Source: Eledone cirrhosa | Taxonomy: Eukaryota | Direction of reading: 5' to 3' | DNA length: 64,000 nt | Assembly (NCBI GenBank): GCA_964016885.1 | Contig: OZ024743.1 | Location: 88,474,001 to 88,538,000 of the forward strand | Part shown: piece by piece, positions 49,288 to 62,247 of the stretch | Position numbering within the stretch: position 1 is the stretch's first letter | Layout of the letters: the number at the start of each line of letters is the position of its first letter | Program-made: the position numbers and the translations under genes | The notes under the pieces: generated by a model | What the model was told of the DNA's origin: nothing | What the model saw: only the letters and a program-made list of their open reading frames with translations | Databases searched by the model: none

Positions 49288-49835
49288 TAACTCTTTCGTT
49301 ACCGTATTTCTCAGGAAAGACATTGCTTATAATTTTCAAATCCTTTTGGAGTTAATAGAGAATTTTGAGCGATTTAGTAATATATAACTTTTTCTTTTAT
49401 TAAGCTGGTGTTTGAAATATAACTTAAAGGTTCTGACATAGAATTATGATGGAATTTTTTTTTTTTTAGATAAATATAAATACTTTTAAAACATACATGT
49501 ATGTAAAGTTTGTATATTGAATATAATACAATGTTTACTAATAAACATTTGAAAGCCTTTAGCTATGAATTTTAAAGATGGTGACTGGCGTCACCTACTG
49601 TGTTCCAGTAGATGCATGGAAGGTAGGTGATGCTAGCCACCACCTTTAAAATTCATAGCTAAAGGCTTTCAAATATTTATTTGTAAACATATATATTATT
49701 CAATATACAAGCTTTACATACATGTATGTATACAGCTATATTGGAGAGAACACCTCAATTCTACTTTTAAAACAATTTTGTAACATAGATAGAACCAGGG
49801 GTGGTTCTTTTTTTTTTGGTATCAAAAGTGCTACA
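49288..49835 (+). mobile_element. TTAA-type MITE family B, interrupted by a fold-back insert
   Basis: ttaactctttcgttaccgtatttct ... ggtatcaaaagtg. The same family occurs at ~65-290, 29073, 29950-30600, 31600-31830, 50490-50716, 57510-58140, 59175-60076, 60335-60555 and 62050-62205. Confidence 0.65.
49491..49729. repeat. Fold-back hairpin with ~108-bp arms
   Basis: 49491-49598 is the reverse complement of 49623-49729 with few mismatches. Confidence 0.88.
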
Positions 49836-52069
49836 CTTCTTATTGCCTGGAAAATATGAGATGAAGAACTGAGCCTCAGATAGTCCGCTACCAGCATATT
49901 AAATTCATAACTGAACTCACCTTGTTGACTGCTGGCTAAACTTGAAACATCTCAAATGCAGCAGATTATGATGATTCGTGTATGCCACATCCCCATTTTC
50001 CATACCATATATTTTGAATTGGGGTTTGTAGGTCCAGTAGTTAAGTTACATGGTGGTTTTTCACATATTTTTGTGGATGAAAGTGTGACATATATATATA
50101 TGGTAATTAGTGTTTCCTTTAAATGTGAGAGGAAAAAATGAAATAAAATGTACAGCTTGCATCTATGCAGGTTTAGCTGGTCTCCTACAAGGTTATATCC
50201 CAGAGGAGGTTTCTTGAGTGTTTTAATGATAACGGTTCTAGTTCTATCTTGAAAAATAACATGAAATGAAGTGTCTTGCACATGAACACAACATGCTGTT
50301 CAATCCAAGAATTGAACCCATGGCCTTATGATTGTGAGTCTAACACCCTAACCACTATGCTACCTGCTTTCACTCTTTTAGAATTTGCAACCTTATCTTT
50401 ACGTAAGATATTATTTTCAAATATCCTTTTTTTTTTATTTTAGATCAGTTTTGTTTGTTCTTTCTTATACCATAAATAATCTATCCTCATTAATCCTTTC
50501 CTAATTGTATTTGGAATGAAAGACACTGCTGGTTTTTAAATAATCTTGAAAAATAATGAAGAATTTAGAGGGATTTAAGTAATATAGCTTTCTCGTTATC
50601 AAGCTGGTGTTTGGAACATAAAAATCTGATAGGTTTAATTATCAATACTTTAAAACAACAGCTCAGTATCATAGAACCAGGGGTGGTTTCAGGTGTTTTG
50701 GAATTAAAATAGTTAATATGCTTTAAAGGATTTTGTCTAAATTCTTGAGATGAGGTATTATCATTATTATAAATTGATTTAGTCAGATTAGTGTCCTTGC
50801 TTTGTTTCCAACTTTCTTCAGATCCCTGTTGTCTTTGATGGGGGTTCTTGGCATTTTAAACCTGAAGATGGTCAGAATGTATAATGGTTGAAACTAGACT
50901 AGAACAATATTAGTCCAAATGAATCATCATCACCGTTTTATGTCCACTTTTCCATGCTTGCATGGTTTGGACATGTCTTTTCCAGCTTGTTATCCTTCCA
51001 CTCGTTGCAGTTCTTTGTCATTATTTCTATGAGCTTCATCGATTTGGGATTGATTCTCACCATCTATGCTTAGGTCTTCTGCTGCAGTTTCGTTCCATTG
51101 ACATTTTCTGGCACTTTTTACCTAATGCACATTAACATTGCACATCCATCAGAGCATAAATCTATAATAATGCATTGAAGGTGTTTGCAATTTGCTATTT
51201 TATCTGCATCTTCAGCTTGTTTATTTACTTGTCTAAGACTCAACATTCTTCGTCATATCACAAAAAATATCAATTCCTATTGTAATATGTTAAAATTTCA
51301 ACTCTTAATGTCCTGTACCACATGAAACGACATAGGCAAGATATTTAAAAAAAATACAAAACAACACTATGACCGCATCACATGAAATATTGAAGTCTAA
51401 TACATCAAATTTTCACACTCTGTTTACTAGTAAACATACTATAAACATTTGAATTAAGAAACCCATTTTTAGATATTTTCTGCTAAATCATTAGAGGTTG
51501 TTAAGAGTTATTTATTCATTATACTAACCCAACAAAATGAATGTCTGTTACAAATCAGTTCATTGTTCCAGATATACCATCCTTCTGATTTTCAGAGGAG
51601 GCAATGTGGTAATCTGAGCAGAGTGTAGTGGATCCATTTTATTGTGGTACCATTTTTGTCTTGCTCACTGCAAGTCCAAAGAGTCCTCTCTACTTTGCAT
51701 TGACTGCATTCTTTCAAAGTAAATGACTCAAAGTGTAGACAGAATGGAATAATAGCTAGGAGGTATCAAAAGCTGTCAACTATTTCTAGTTAGTTCTATG
51801 AGTGTTTGCAGTTTATTTTGCATGTAACCTTGCTGTGAACCACTTCTGAGCATGTATCACAAAGTGTACTGTTTTTATCAGACTACTTGTAAATACCCTT
51901 ATATTATGTAGGTCCATGTACACTGGGTACATCTTGTGAAATTTCCCTGATGGGTCCCATCTTCCTCAATTTGTAAAGATTTAATTTTTTTTACTAGTTT
52001 GCTTTGAGTCTTTTCAATTTCAGGTTTTGCTTTCATGTCTGAAATTTCTTTTGCGATTTCATTGTTAGA

Positions 52070-53170
52070 GCTAGATGAACTTGGAAACAGGGCAACCTGG
52101 AGGAGAAGGATATGGAAGCTGAAAGAGCCTCGGCCAGTAACAAATTAAGAGAGATTTTGCTTGACGCCTACAACACTAAGGAAGAACAGATAGACATTCA
52201 ATATAGAAGAGCATTGGGAGTTCCTGAAAGATAATCTACTGAAGGTGACATGAGATCTGTGGATGGAGCAGGGCTACAGAGAGAAGGAGAGTGACTTGGT
52301 GGTGGAACAATAAGGTAGATGAGACAATTAAAGCCAAGAGACAGACATGGAAGAATGTGGGAAGCAGGGTACACTACATAGTGGCCAGGAGGGAAGCTAG
52401 ACAAGTATACTTGGCAAGGAGGGAAGCAGGGGATTAAAAATTCAAGCATGTTTTGCAGCATGAAGACCAGAAACTTGAGGTATTCAGGATTGCGAGGCAG
52501 TGCATTAAGGAAAATTGTGATGTCAATGGTGAGCCATTGATTACTGAATGAGAATGCATAGGAGAAAGAGACCCTACTCCAAGTGGATCCTACAGAGGGT
52601 CCAGCTGTATGAGTCAGCAGCAGTGTAATAAGTAAGGCAAGGATATGAAGACCGGGAACGCTGGCTACAAAAGGCTTTTCCCTCAAAATGAAAGGCAGAC
52701 TGTATGATGCATGCATACATACAATAATGCTGCATGGTAGTAAGACCTGGGCGCTGTGTGCAGAAGACTTGTGAAGATTGGAAAGAAATGAAGTTTGCAT
52801 GCTCCGATGGATATGTAATAGTAATATACGTGAATGGCAAAGCATAAATAAGCTGAGAGAGAAATTAGACATAAGAGGGATCAGGTGCAGTATACTAGAG
52901 AGGAGATTGCATTGGTATGGACATGTTATGCATATGAAGGATGGCAGCCCACACTGTAAAGTGGTCATGTAGGTGTCAATACAAAAAGCACCCAGTACTC
53001 ACTGAAAATGAGGTTGGCATTAGGAAGGGCATCTAGCTGTAGAAATCAAACCAAAGTCAGTTTTGTATGAGCAAGGTGTCAGCTAACTTGGCATTTCTCA
53101 TAACAGGACAACTCCTCTAACCCATGCTAACATGGAAAAATGGACATTAAATGATGATAATGATGATGAC
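52070..53170 (+). mobile_element. Degraded, internally deleted RTE LINE
   Basis: RRRIWKLKEP linker, ICGWSR...WWN, then a jump from DMKTG to ATKGFSLKMKGRLYDAC; 3' UTR and (ATG)n tail. Confidence 0.85.
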
Positions 53171-53520
53171 TGATTCTGCTATTAGAACTAGGCTGCCATC
53201 AGCATACAGGTCTTGAAAAGTATAATAAACAAAAAAGGGCTGAGAACTGAGCCCTGATGGACCCTTACCTGCATGCTAAATTCATTGGTGAACTTCTGAT
53301 TCATATTGCTGGCTGCTCCTCTACGTGGTTTGTGTGGCTTTAACAAGTCATTTATCTACCACTAGATCACTGCGCATGGAACCCTACCTTTCTGCAGCTC
53401 AACAAATATTAAGTACAGGGGCTTTTAGCTAAGTACTTCCACAGTTGTCTCACTAGGAAGATAGCATTGACAGTATCTCTCTCTGACATTAAGCTGAGCC
53501 GCACCTCAATATGGCTAATG
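53171..53520 (-). mobile_element. Decayed RTE RT fragment
   Basis: Minus strand VHQGSVLSP...LYAD and VRQL..KYLAK. Confidence 0.7.
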
Positions 53521-53854
53521 ATTGTACTTTAATTGATACTTATGTGTGGTTGAGAGTGTGAAGGCATATGGTCTAGTTGTAGTGTTGTATTCAATCATAT
53601 AACAGTGGGTTCGATTCCTGGATCAAGTAGCATGTTGTTTTCTTAAGCAAGACACTTCATTTCATGTTGCTTTTTATAAGACTGGAACTCCTATCATTAT
53701 AATACTTTAGAAACTCCTTATGAGATACAACCTTGTGGGAAGCCAGTTAAACTTACATAAGTACAAGCTATGAAATTTCAGTATTTTTAAACTTTGATTA
53801 TTCATCTAATTTCTACTTTGAAACTCTACAGCAAATAAGTCAGATATGTTTTCT

Positions 53855-54470
53855 AATTTTTGCACAAGGCCAGCTATTTTTGAGGGTGGGGAGTTGATTG
53901 TCGATCTCAGTATTTGAGTGGTATTTTATTTTATTGACCTTGGAAGGATGAAAAGCCAAGTTGGCTTCAGCGGGATTTGAACTCAGAACATGAAGTGCTA
54001 GAACAAATATTGTTAAGCATTTGTTAGTTGCTGTAATGACTAATAATCTACTACCCCCGATATAATAACAATTGCCAATTTAGGCACAAGGCCAGTAATA
54101 TGGGGTAGAGGATATTTGAATAAATTGATCCTGGAAGGATGAAAGGCAAAGTTACCTCGGTGGGATTTGAACTCAAACTCTAGAAAGTCATACTGCGAAG
54201 TATTTTGTCTGATGCTCTACTGATACTACCAATCCATCGCCCTTAAAATGATATAATGATAATGGTTTCTGATTTCAGCACAAGGCCAAACATTTTTGGG
54301 GGAGAGGAAGTAAATTAAATCAACCCCAGTACATTGCTGGTACTATATTTTATCTACCCTGTAAGGATGAAAGGCAAAGCTAACCTCGGCCGAATTTGAA
54401 CTGAGAACGTGAAAGGCCATAACTACATGTCGTTAAGCATGTTGCCCAATGCTCTACCGGCTCTGCCAAT
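53855..54470 (-). mobile_element. Three tandem Meta-domain SINE copies
   Basis: gcacaaggcc...ggatgaaaggcaaag...gatttgaactc repeated three times. Confidence 0.85.
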
Positions 54471-55954
54471 CTGTGGTGTGTCAGATTTAATGTCAATATT
54501 TGTTGTCTGCTTTAATGTGTAGACTATTGAAAGTTAGATTTCTATAATACATTTAACCAGTCAAGTGGGATATCTCGAAGGTGTTTCTACTTGATTTTGT
54601 TGACAATAACACTATTTTCTCTCTTGCAGTCAATATTATTTATAGAGAGGAGGAGGAGATGGTAATTGCTATCTGATGCTACTAAGATAAAGATATAATG
54701 CTTGCATCAACCTAATCTACTACAGGCACACAATTGATTTCTCTAGCAGCTTTGGATCCAAATCTGTGCTGAATTAACCTCTTTTGCTGAACTAGTAGAA
54801 GCCATGTAATTGTATGTATATACGGACACATAACTCCTGATTGAGTTGAAGGGGTGCCATTATGACATCTGGCGTGTCTTGGGCATGTTAAGCCTGGCTG
54901 AGCCCAACTCCTCTCCAGGTCTGAACATAGCTGATTTCTTCCAGAGAAAGTGAGAAAGCGATATAGAGGAAAATCGACCCCCGTACTGGACTGGTACTTT
55001 TTTTTTATCAAACTTGAGAGCCAAAATGAAGACTGCAATACATTTTACCCAACTTTCTAACTCTGCCAATTGGCCACCTTTCACATAATAATAATTCTGG
55101 GTATTTTCTGAAGAGACTCACCACATTAATAATAACTTTTTCACTATCAAACCTCTAAGACACATCTCTGTTTATTTTCCAAATATCATATGAAAACAGA
55201 AATATTCTTCTTACATCTCAGGCACAAATGTTTTAACAATTACATTTTGCTTGGACACTGTAACTAGGGATGGATGTAAACAAAACAAGTTAATAATTTA
55301 CTCCAAATCACTAGAGCTGCATCAATCACCGATATTTTGATATTTAGTTGATTGCAAATGAGGCATAGCGCTGGCTGTGGTCAGGTATTTTGTTAGATCA
55401 TAGGAAAGTGACTATTTATAATTATGTCTAGATTATAAGAGGTGACTAAAATTGGTGGTGTGCCAATATATGTTTACAGGTTTAAACTGAATGAATATTC
55501 TGCATATTATTGCTACTAGTGAAAGAACATGGCCTAGTTAGTGTGTTGGACTCATGACCATAGTGTTGGACTCATGACCATAGTGTTGTGGGGGTTTGAT
55601 CCTAGATCAGGTAGCATGTGTTGTTCTTCAGCAAGGCATTTCATTTCACATTGCTTTTCATGATAGAACTCGTGCCCTTAGAGAAACCTATGAGATGCAA
55701 CCTAGTAAGAGGCTAGCTAAACCTGTATAGATGTGAGCTGTAAATATAATTTCTTTCACATTATTCCTAGCTATAATTGATAACTCTTTATGGGTGTATA
55801 TTTTTCTGAAACTCTACCAGCCTCACCGTTATTTTATGTCTGCCATATATGCTGGCATGGGTAGGATAACATTTTAAAGGTGCTAACAACACTTAGGTTT
55901 CTCAGGTGGTCACCAATTTAAGTGCTACCAATTAATGTGATATGGCTGTAGTGT

Positions 55955-56480
55955 ATTTACTGTCATAACAAAAAGCATCCAGTCCACTCTGTAAATTAGT
56001 CATGCTGTTGCCATGACAGTAAGCACCCAGTCCACCCTGTAAGGTGGTTGTACTGGTGCCACGACGAAAAGCATCCAGTTCACCCTATAAGGTAGTTGTG
56101 CTGGTGTCAAGACAAAAAGCATACAGTTCTCCCTGTAAGGTGGTCGTGTGGTGTCATGACAAAAAGCATCCAGTCCACTCTCTGATATGGTCGTGATAGT
56201 GTCACAACAAAAAGACTCAGTCCACCCTGTAAGGTGGTTGTGCTGGTGCCTCAACAAAACGTACCAAGTTGACTCTTTAAGGTCGTAGTGCTGGTGCCAT
56301 AACAAAAAGCACCCAGTACATGCTGTAAAGTGATTGGCGTTAGGAAAGGCATGCAGCTGTAGGAAACCAAGCCAAGCATAGAACATATGAGTAATACATA
56401 GTCACCTAACCTGTCTGACCTCATAACATGACTCATCTAATCCTTGCAAGCATAGAAAATAGTTACAGTGATGATAATGA
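55955..56480 (+). repeat. Tandemly expanded ~44-bp unit of the RTE 3' UTR followed by the normal LINE terminus
   Basis: aaaagcatccagtccaccctgtaaggtggt.gtgctggtg.ca repeated about 8 times, then ttggcgttaggaaaggcatgcagctgtag ... (ATG)n. Confidence 0.8.
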
Positions 56481-57814
56481 TAATTTCATATTTTTTTTGT
56501 AAACCTATGACTACACCCATTGTTTATGTTGTAGCTGGAAATGTAGTAGCAGTATAACTGGCTCTTTCTACTTATCTCCTCATAGCATCAAAGTTTCTAA
56601 AAATAAGATTTTAGAAAACATTTTCTCATTATTTGTCTTCGACCCCCACCCTATTGATTGAGAACACCTATCAATGAAGACACTCCCATTGTGACCAATG
56701 TCTACCAGCATTACATTAACCAGTGTCCTTTTCTTAAGATGGTAGAGGAGAGATTTGGCTGCTATATCTGGCAATTCATGGCTCCCTCAGGTGTAACTTA
56801 AGGTCATTAGTTTGGTCTTGATTCACTGAGCAATACTAAGTTAAAAAAGATGAGCTTCTTGTGGATAAATTGTGAGGAATTATAGTGAGAAATGGTGGAA
56901 GATTTGATAGAAAGAATTCTGAAAAAGCTGTAATTAGTTTTGTTGTTGAACAGCAGGTTAACACTGGCGGGCTAGATTATGGTGGAAAACATCTAGCTTT
57001 TTAAAAATTTTTTTTTTTTAAATTTAAAATGTATATATATGGACCCATAACTCCTGACAGAGTTGTTGGGGTGCTGTTGTAATATGCAGTATGTCTTGGG
57101 TATTTTAAAACCCTGGTGGAGCTCATCCCCTCTCCAGGTCTGAACACAGTTGATTTCTTCGAGAGTAGGAGTAAAAGAGAAATATAGAGGAGGAACTTTT
57201 TTTTATTGACCTTGAAAGGATGAATGACAAAGTTGACTTTGGCGGGATTTAAACTCAGAGATCCAGAACAAATACTGCAAGCATTCTATCCGTCATGCTA
57301 ACGATTCTGCCCAATTAAATGTTGTAACTAGGAGTAAAATACCCCCCCCCCCCCCTGAAGACAGTAAGGAGATATTTCTAGCAGATTGAGTGAGCATTTA
57401 GAGTCTCCCACATTAGATTTTGTAGTCAATTCTATATTTATGTAATTTAACTGATTTTTGTAATGCCATTTGCCGTGGATGCTTTTTTTTGTCTATTCTA
57501 ACTTCAAGCCTCTTTCATTATTATATTTCTAATGAAAGACACTGCCAATAATTTTGAAATAATTTTGGAAATAGTCAAGAATTTGGATCAGTTTAATAAT
57601 GTAACTAATGTTTACATTATTAATCTGGTGTAGAGTGGTAGATTAGCAGAATTGTTACAGCATCAGACAAATGTTATGGGTTCTTTATATTCTGAATTCA
57701 AATACTGCTGAGGTCAACTTTACTTTTCTTCCTTTTAGGGGTTGATAAAATAAAGTACCAATTTAGCCTTCCTCAAATTGCTGGCCTTGTGCCTAAATTA
57801 GAAATCATAATTAA

Positions 57815-58019
57815 CCCTTTAGCATTTACATTACTCTATATATATTGTATTTTCATGGTAAAGGCTTTACCTCACATAATATTGAATCTATGAGATTTTG
57901 ATATTATCTATTTTGAGAATAATACCTTAACATTAATATGAGTAGCCAGTAATGGCTTGTTTGAACAGAAAGAGGTGAGAGAATTCTGGCCGGATACAGC
58001 CGGGTTAAATGCTAAAGGG
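57815..58019 (-). mobile_element. piggyBac-like MITE, family A
   Basis: TTAA|CCCTTTAGCATTTA ... TAAATGCTAAAGGG|TTAA. Confidence 0.88.
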
Positions 58020-58297
58020 TTAAGCTGGTGTTTGGAGCATAGCCCTAAGTTCTTACATAAACTTATGATAGGTTTTAAAATAGTTTTGTATCATAAAAAC
58101 CAGGGTTGATTTCAGGTGGTTTGGCATCAGAAGAGTTAAAATATCTTAATATATATTTTACCTTTTATAAATTCCATTTGAGATTCATTTGTTATATTAT
58201 ACACTGGGTCCAATCCATCCCAGCATGGAAAACAAAACAGCGTTAAATGATGATAGTGGTGGTAATATTATTCAACATCATAAGAGTGGTAGATTAT

Positions 58298-58642
58298 GGA
58301 GGCACATGGCTTAGTGGTTAGAGTATTGGCCTTGCAATCGAAAGGTTGTGAGTTCAATTCTCAGACCGGGTGATGTGTTGTTTCCTTGAGCAAGACACTT
58401 TATTTCACATTGCTCCAGTTTACTCAGCTGTAGAAATGAGATGATAGGGATTGGGGTCCTTATCATTCCACTGTAAAGTGGTCGTGGAGGTGCCACGGCA
58501 AAAAAGCACCCAGCACTCACTGTAAATGAGGTTGGTGTTAGGAAGGGCATCCAGCTGTAGAAATCAAGCCAGAATCAGTTCCCGTCCCACCCTTGCAAGC
58601 AGGGAAAAGCGGACGTAAAATGATGATGATGATGATGATGAT
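58298..58642 (+). mobile_element. Full-length CORE-type SINE with RTE tail
   Basis: Near-identical to 21852-22190. Confidence 0.88.
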
Positions 58643-59248
58643 AAGGGAGATTTGATGTTGTGTATTACATGTATCTGGTTTTTGTAATAGGTACACTATA
58701 TACCTGCATATCATTAAAGATGACTATAAAGGGTTGGCAACAGGAAGAACATCCTGTCCAGCCCATGACAACAGGGAAAGAAGGTGGCTGTAAAAACAAT
58801 GTCAATGAGGTTTCATTTCATATCTATATTGCTTTAAAGAACTGTATAATTGTGGAGCTTTGTACTGTATATAGATCTCCATTACGTTTGTGTGTGTCTT
58901 TGTTTCATTTTTGATATTGCTAGTGCTGTTAGTGACATTTGTTGTCCTGCATAAGAAGTCTTGCTGCTCAGATTTGATGTGTAAAGATATGAACCTTATA
59001 AAAGAAACAAATGAGGGTTGGCATCAGGAAAGACACATGTCTGGTTGTTGAATATTGCCTCAAAACATCTCATTTGACCCATACCTGTATGGGGAAATGG
59101 CTGTAAAACTGAGATGATGCTGTACATCATTGTCAGCTATGGTTGAGTCTAACAGCACAAATTGTACATTGGAGTAAACCTTGTTAAAGACATTTTCTAT
59201 GATATTCAAGTCATTTTGAAAATTATGAAGAATTTGGAGGGATTTATA

Positions 59249-59628
59249 CTCTCTGGTCCCAAGTAATAGGGGGGGGGGGGGTGTTGGAAAATTGATAATT
59301 TTTCTAGGTTGTCTCCATTGATTTTTTTTAGTCGTTTAGTTTATATATTGAGACCCCAACTCATCCTATTTTATAACGTATGGGATTTCTTGTAATATTC
59401 TTTTTTTGTCATGTGTAATGTTTTTTAATGTCTAAAGAAAATTAATTGTTGCAAGAATGCTACCACTTATAATACAATTTTGGTGGAGATAGATTAGCAA
59501 AATTTAATAAGCAGCGGGGTGGGTTGTTGTTGGTGATGGTGTTGGAATAAGAGTGGTGGGTGGTGGAAAAAATCTGAAAAATTAATAAGGGGGTGGGACG
59601 ACGACAATGATTATCCGGGACCCAGGAG
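59249..59628. mobile_element. TA-flanked MITE nested in a family B element
   Basis: TA|CTCTCTGGTCCC ... GGGACCCAGGAG|TA imperfect TIRs; family B sequence resumes on both sides. Confidence 0.65.
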
Positions 59629-59875
59629 TAACTTTTTCACGATTAAGTTGGTGTTTGGAACATAACTTAAAGGTTCTTACATAAAATTATAATGGAAGGT
59701 TTTTTAGATAAATAAAAATATAAACATTGCCATGTTATCCTGGTTTTGAGAATAGGTGTTGTATCCCTACATGTTGTAAGGGTTGGCATCAAGAAGAGGA
59801 TCTCGCTGTAAAACATTGATCTCAAACCATCCTGTCCAGCATGTAAAAGTGAATGTAAAATGATAAACGCTTTAA

Positions 59876-60018
59876 CCCTTTAACACTTAAACTGGCCGTA
59901 ATATTTATGTTAAGGTATTGTTCTCAAAATAAATATCAAAATCTCAGATTCAATATTGTATGAGATAAAGCCTTTACCGTGAAAATACAATAGTATATAT
60001 AATGTAAATACTAAAGGG
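59876..60018 (+). mobile_element. piggyBac-like MITE, family A, internally deleted
   Basis: TTAA|CCCTTTAACACTTA ... TAAATACTAAAGGG|TTAA. Confidence 0.82.
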
Positions 60019-61571
60019 TTAAAATTAAATTTTGTATCATAGAACCGTAAGGCAATTTGATATCAAAAGTGTTAAACATTAAATATTTGCTAAATTTGCC
60101 TAGATTGAAGTCAACATTTCTGTGTCTTTTATTGTGTGTCACTAATATTTAGTTTTCTCACTGCTGCTATAATGCCATAATACCATTCTGAAACTAAGGT
60201 ATACATGGTAAACAATTTGAGTTGTTGTTTAGCTCCAAGTCAACTCTGGTCAAAGGTGTTCCAGTCATAACCATCCTGTCATTTTTTCAAGCTCTACATT
60301 TAGCACTAGCACTGTTATTATTTAATGTCTTTCCTTAACCCTTTTGTGACCACTTTTCTAATGAAATACACTCTATTTCAGTTAATTAAGAATTTTGGAG
60401 GGATTTACTAAAATTATTTCATTACTAAGATAGTAACTTAACATGGTTTTATATAAAATTATGTGGGAAAATTTTAATTTAAAATAGGACCTCTATAGAA
60501 TTGGTGGCTTTATGTCATAGAACCAGAGCTAAGTTTTTATGAAAAAGATTTAAAACAGTATAAAACTTAAGGGTGACTTGGTTTATATTTCTACACAGTT
60601 GAGTAGCCTCAGAAGCTCCCTTAACATCTGTATTAAAAAGTTATGATGGTATATAAGTTATTTATGCATAATTTGAACTTGGTGAAAATCATCAAAATAT
60701 TAACCCCGAATATAAGCTGACCTCTCATTTTACCATCTATTTTTATATTCCTTGGCTTATATTTGAATATCATCATTATCATCATCACCAATTAACGTCC
60801 ATTTTTCTAGTGGTGATGTGTATATGGTAAATTTCTCCTTATCAAGCTAATGTTTAGAACATAACAAAGGTTCTTACTTAAAATTCTGATGGAATGTTTT
60901 TAGATAAATTATATTTATCTAAAATGTTTATAAAAACAATTTTGTATTGTAGAACCAGGGCCAGTTTCAGGCATCACTGTTCTGGTTGATTTGATGATGT
61001 ATTAACAGTTAACAAACAGAATGTTACAAATATTAATAAAGATGATTCTTTGTATTGTGAATGCACAAGGCTTTAGTTGTTGGTGTTGTATTTGTGAACA
61101 TTAAGTTGAAGGTTCAATTCCTTGACTAGTCTCATAATATAAAACGGGACAGTTTTTTTTATCATGGGACTAGGGGTGGCTTCAGAAGTGTTTATATCAA
61201 AAGGTTTTCTTAGTTACTAAAATGTCTGGATTCACTGAGGACTTGTGTGTGTTTAGTGATAAATTAACCATATGATTCATTTCTCTAGTACCAGCAGTAT
61301 TTTTGACAATACTTGCTATATCTAATTATTGTTATTAACTTTGCAGTCGTAGTAATATGTAATTTTCTAATTTAATGAATATCCACGTGGTTAGGGCATT
61401 CAGTTCACAATCGTAATATGTGTTCGATTCTAGGTGACATGTTCTTGAGCAAGAGACTATATTTCATGCTGCTCCAGTCCACTCAGCTGGCAAAACTGTC
61501 TTACCTGCAATTCAAAGGTCTGTAGCCTTGTCGCACACATTCATGCTGAATCACTCGGAGAAGTACTTTAA

Positions 61572-61782
61572 CCCTTTAGCATTTACATTACTCTATATAT
61601 ACTATTGTATGTTTGTGTTAAAGGCTTTACCTTACATAATTATCTCATATAATATCAAATCTACAAGATTTTGATGTTATTTATTTTGAGAACAATACCT
61701 TAACGTCAGTATGAGCGGCCAGTTTGAACAGAAAGAGGTGAGAGAATTCTGGCTGGATACGGCTGGTTTAAATCCTAGAGGG
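61572..61782 (-). mobile_element. piggyBac-like MITE, family A
   Basis: TTAA|CCCTTTAGCATTTA ... TAAATCCTAGAGGG|TTAA. Confidence 0.85.
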
Positions 61783-62247
61783 TTAAGGGTGCACATGTTA
61801 ATAGAATGCTCAGTCACTTATTTCAAAAGCTGGCCGTTCCATTGTTTAAACAACTGGAACACTTGTTAGAATTGACAGCAGTCCCACATAATTTATCTGA
61901 AGATTTATAAAAACTGTTAATTCTCTTTGGTAAGCTGGTATTCAGTAAAACTGAATTGTTTAACATGTGAACTTGGAAATTTTCTCTCTGAATGAAAAAG
62001 TCGGTCTATATTTTTAGCTCCATTTTATCCTATGTCTCATGAATATTGCTCAACCATTTCATTACTATATTTCTAAAGAAAGACACTGCTTTTGAAAAAA
62101 AAAAAGAAAGAAGAATTTGGTGGGATTTAGTAAATGTAACTATGATATTTGAAACATGACTTAAATGTTCTTATATAAAATTATGATGGAAGATTTTTAG
62201 ATATAATCATTTTTCAATCATCAATCACTAAATCAATATCATTATTA

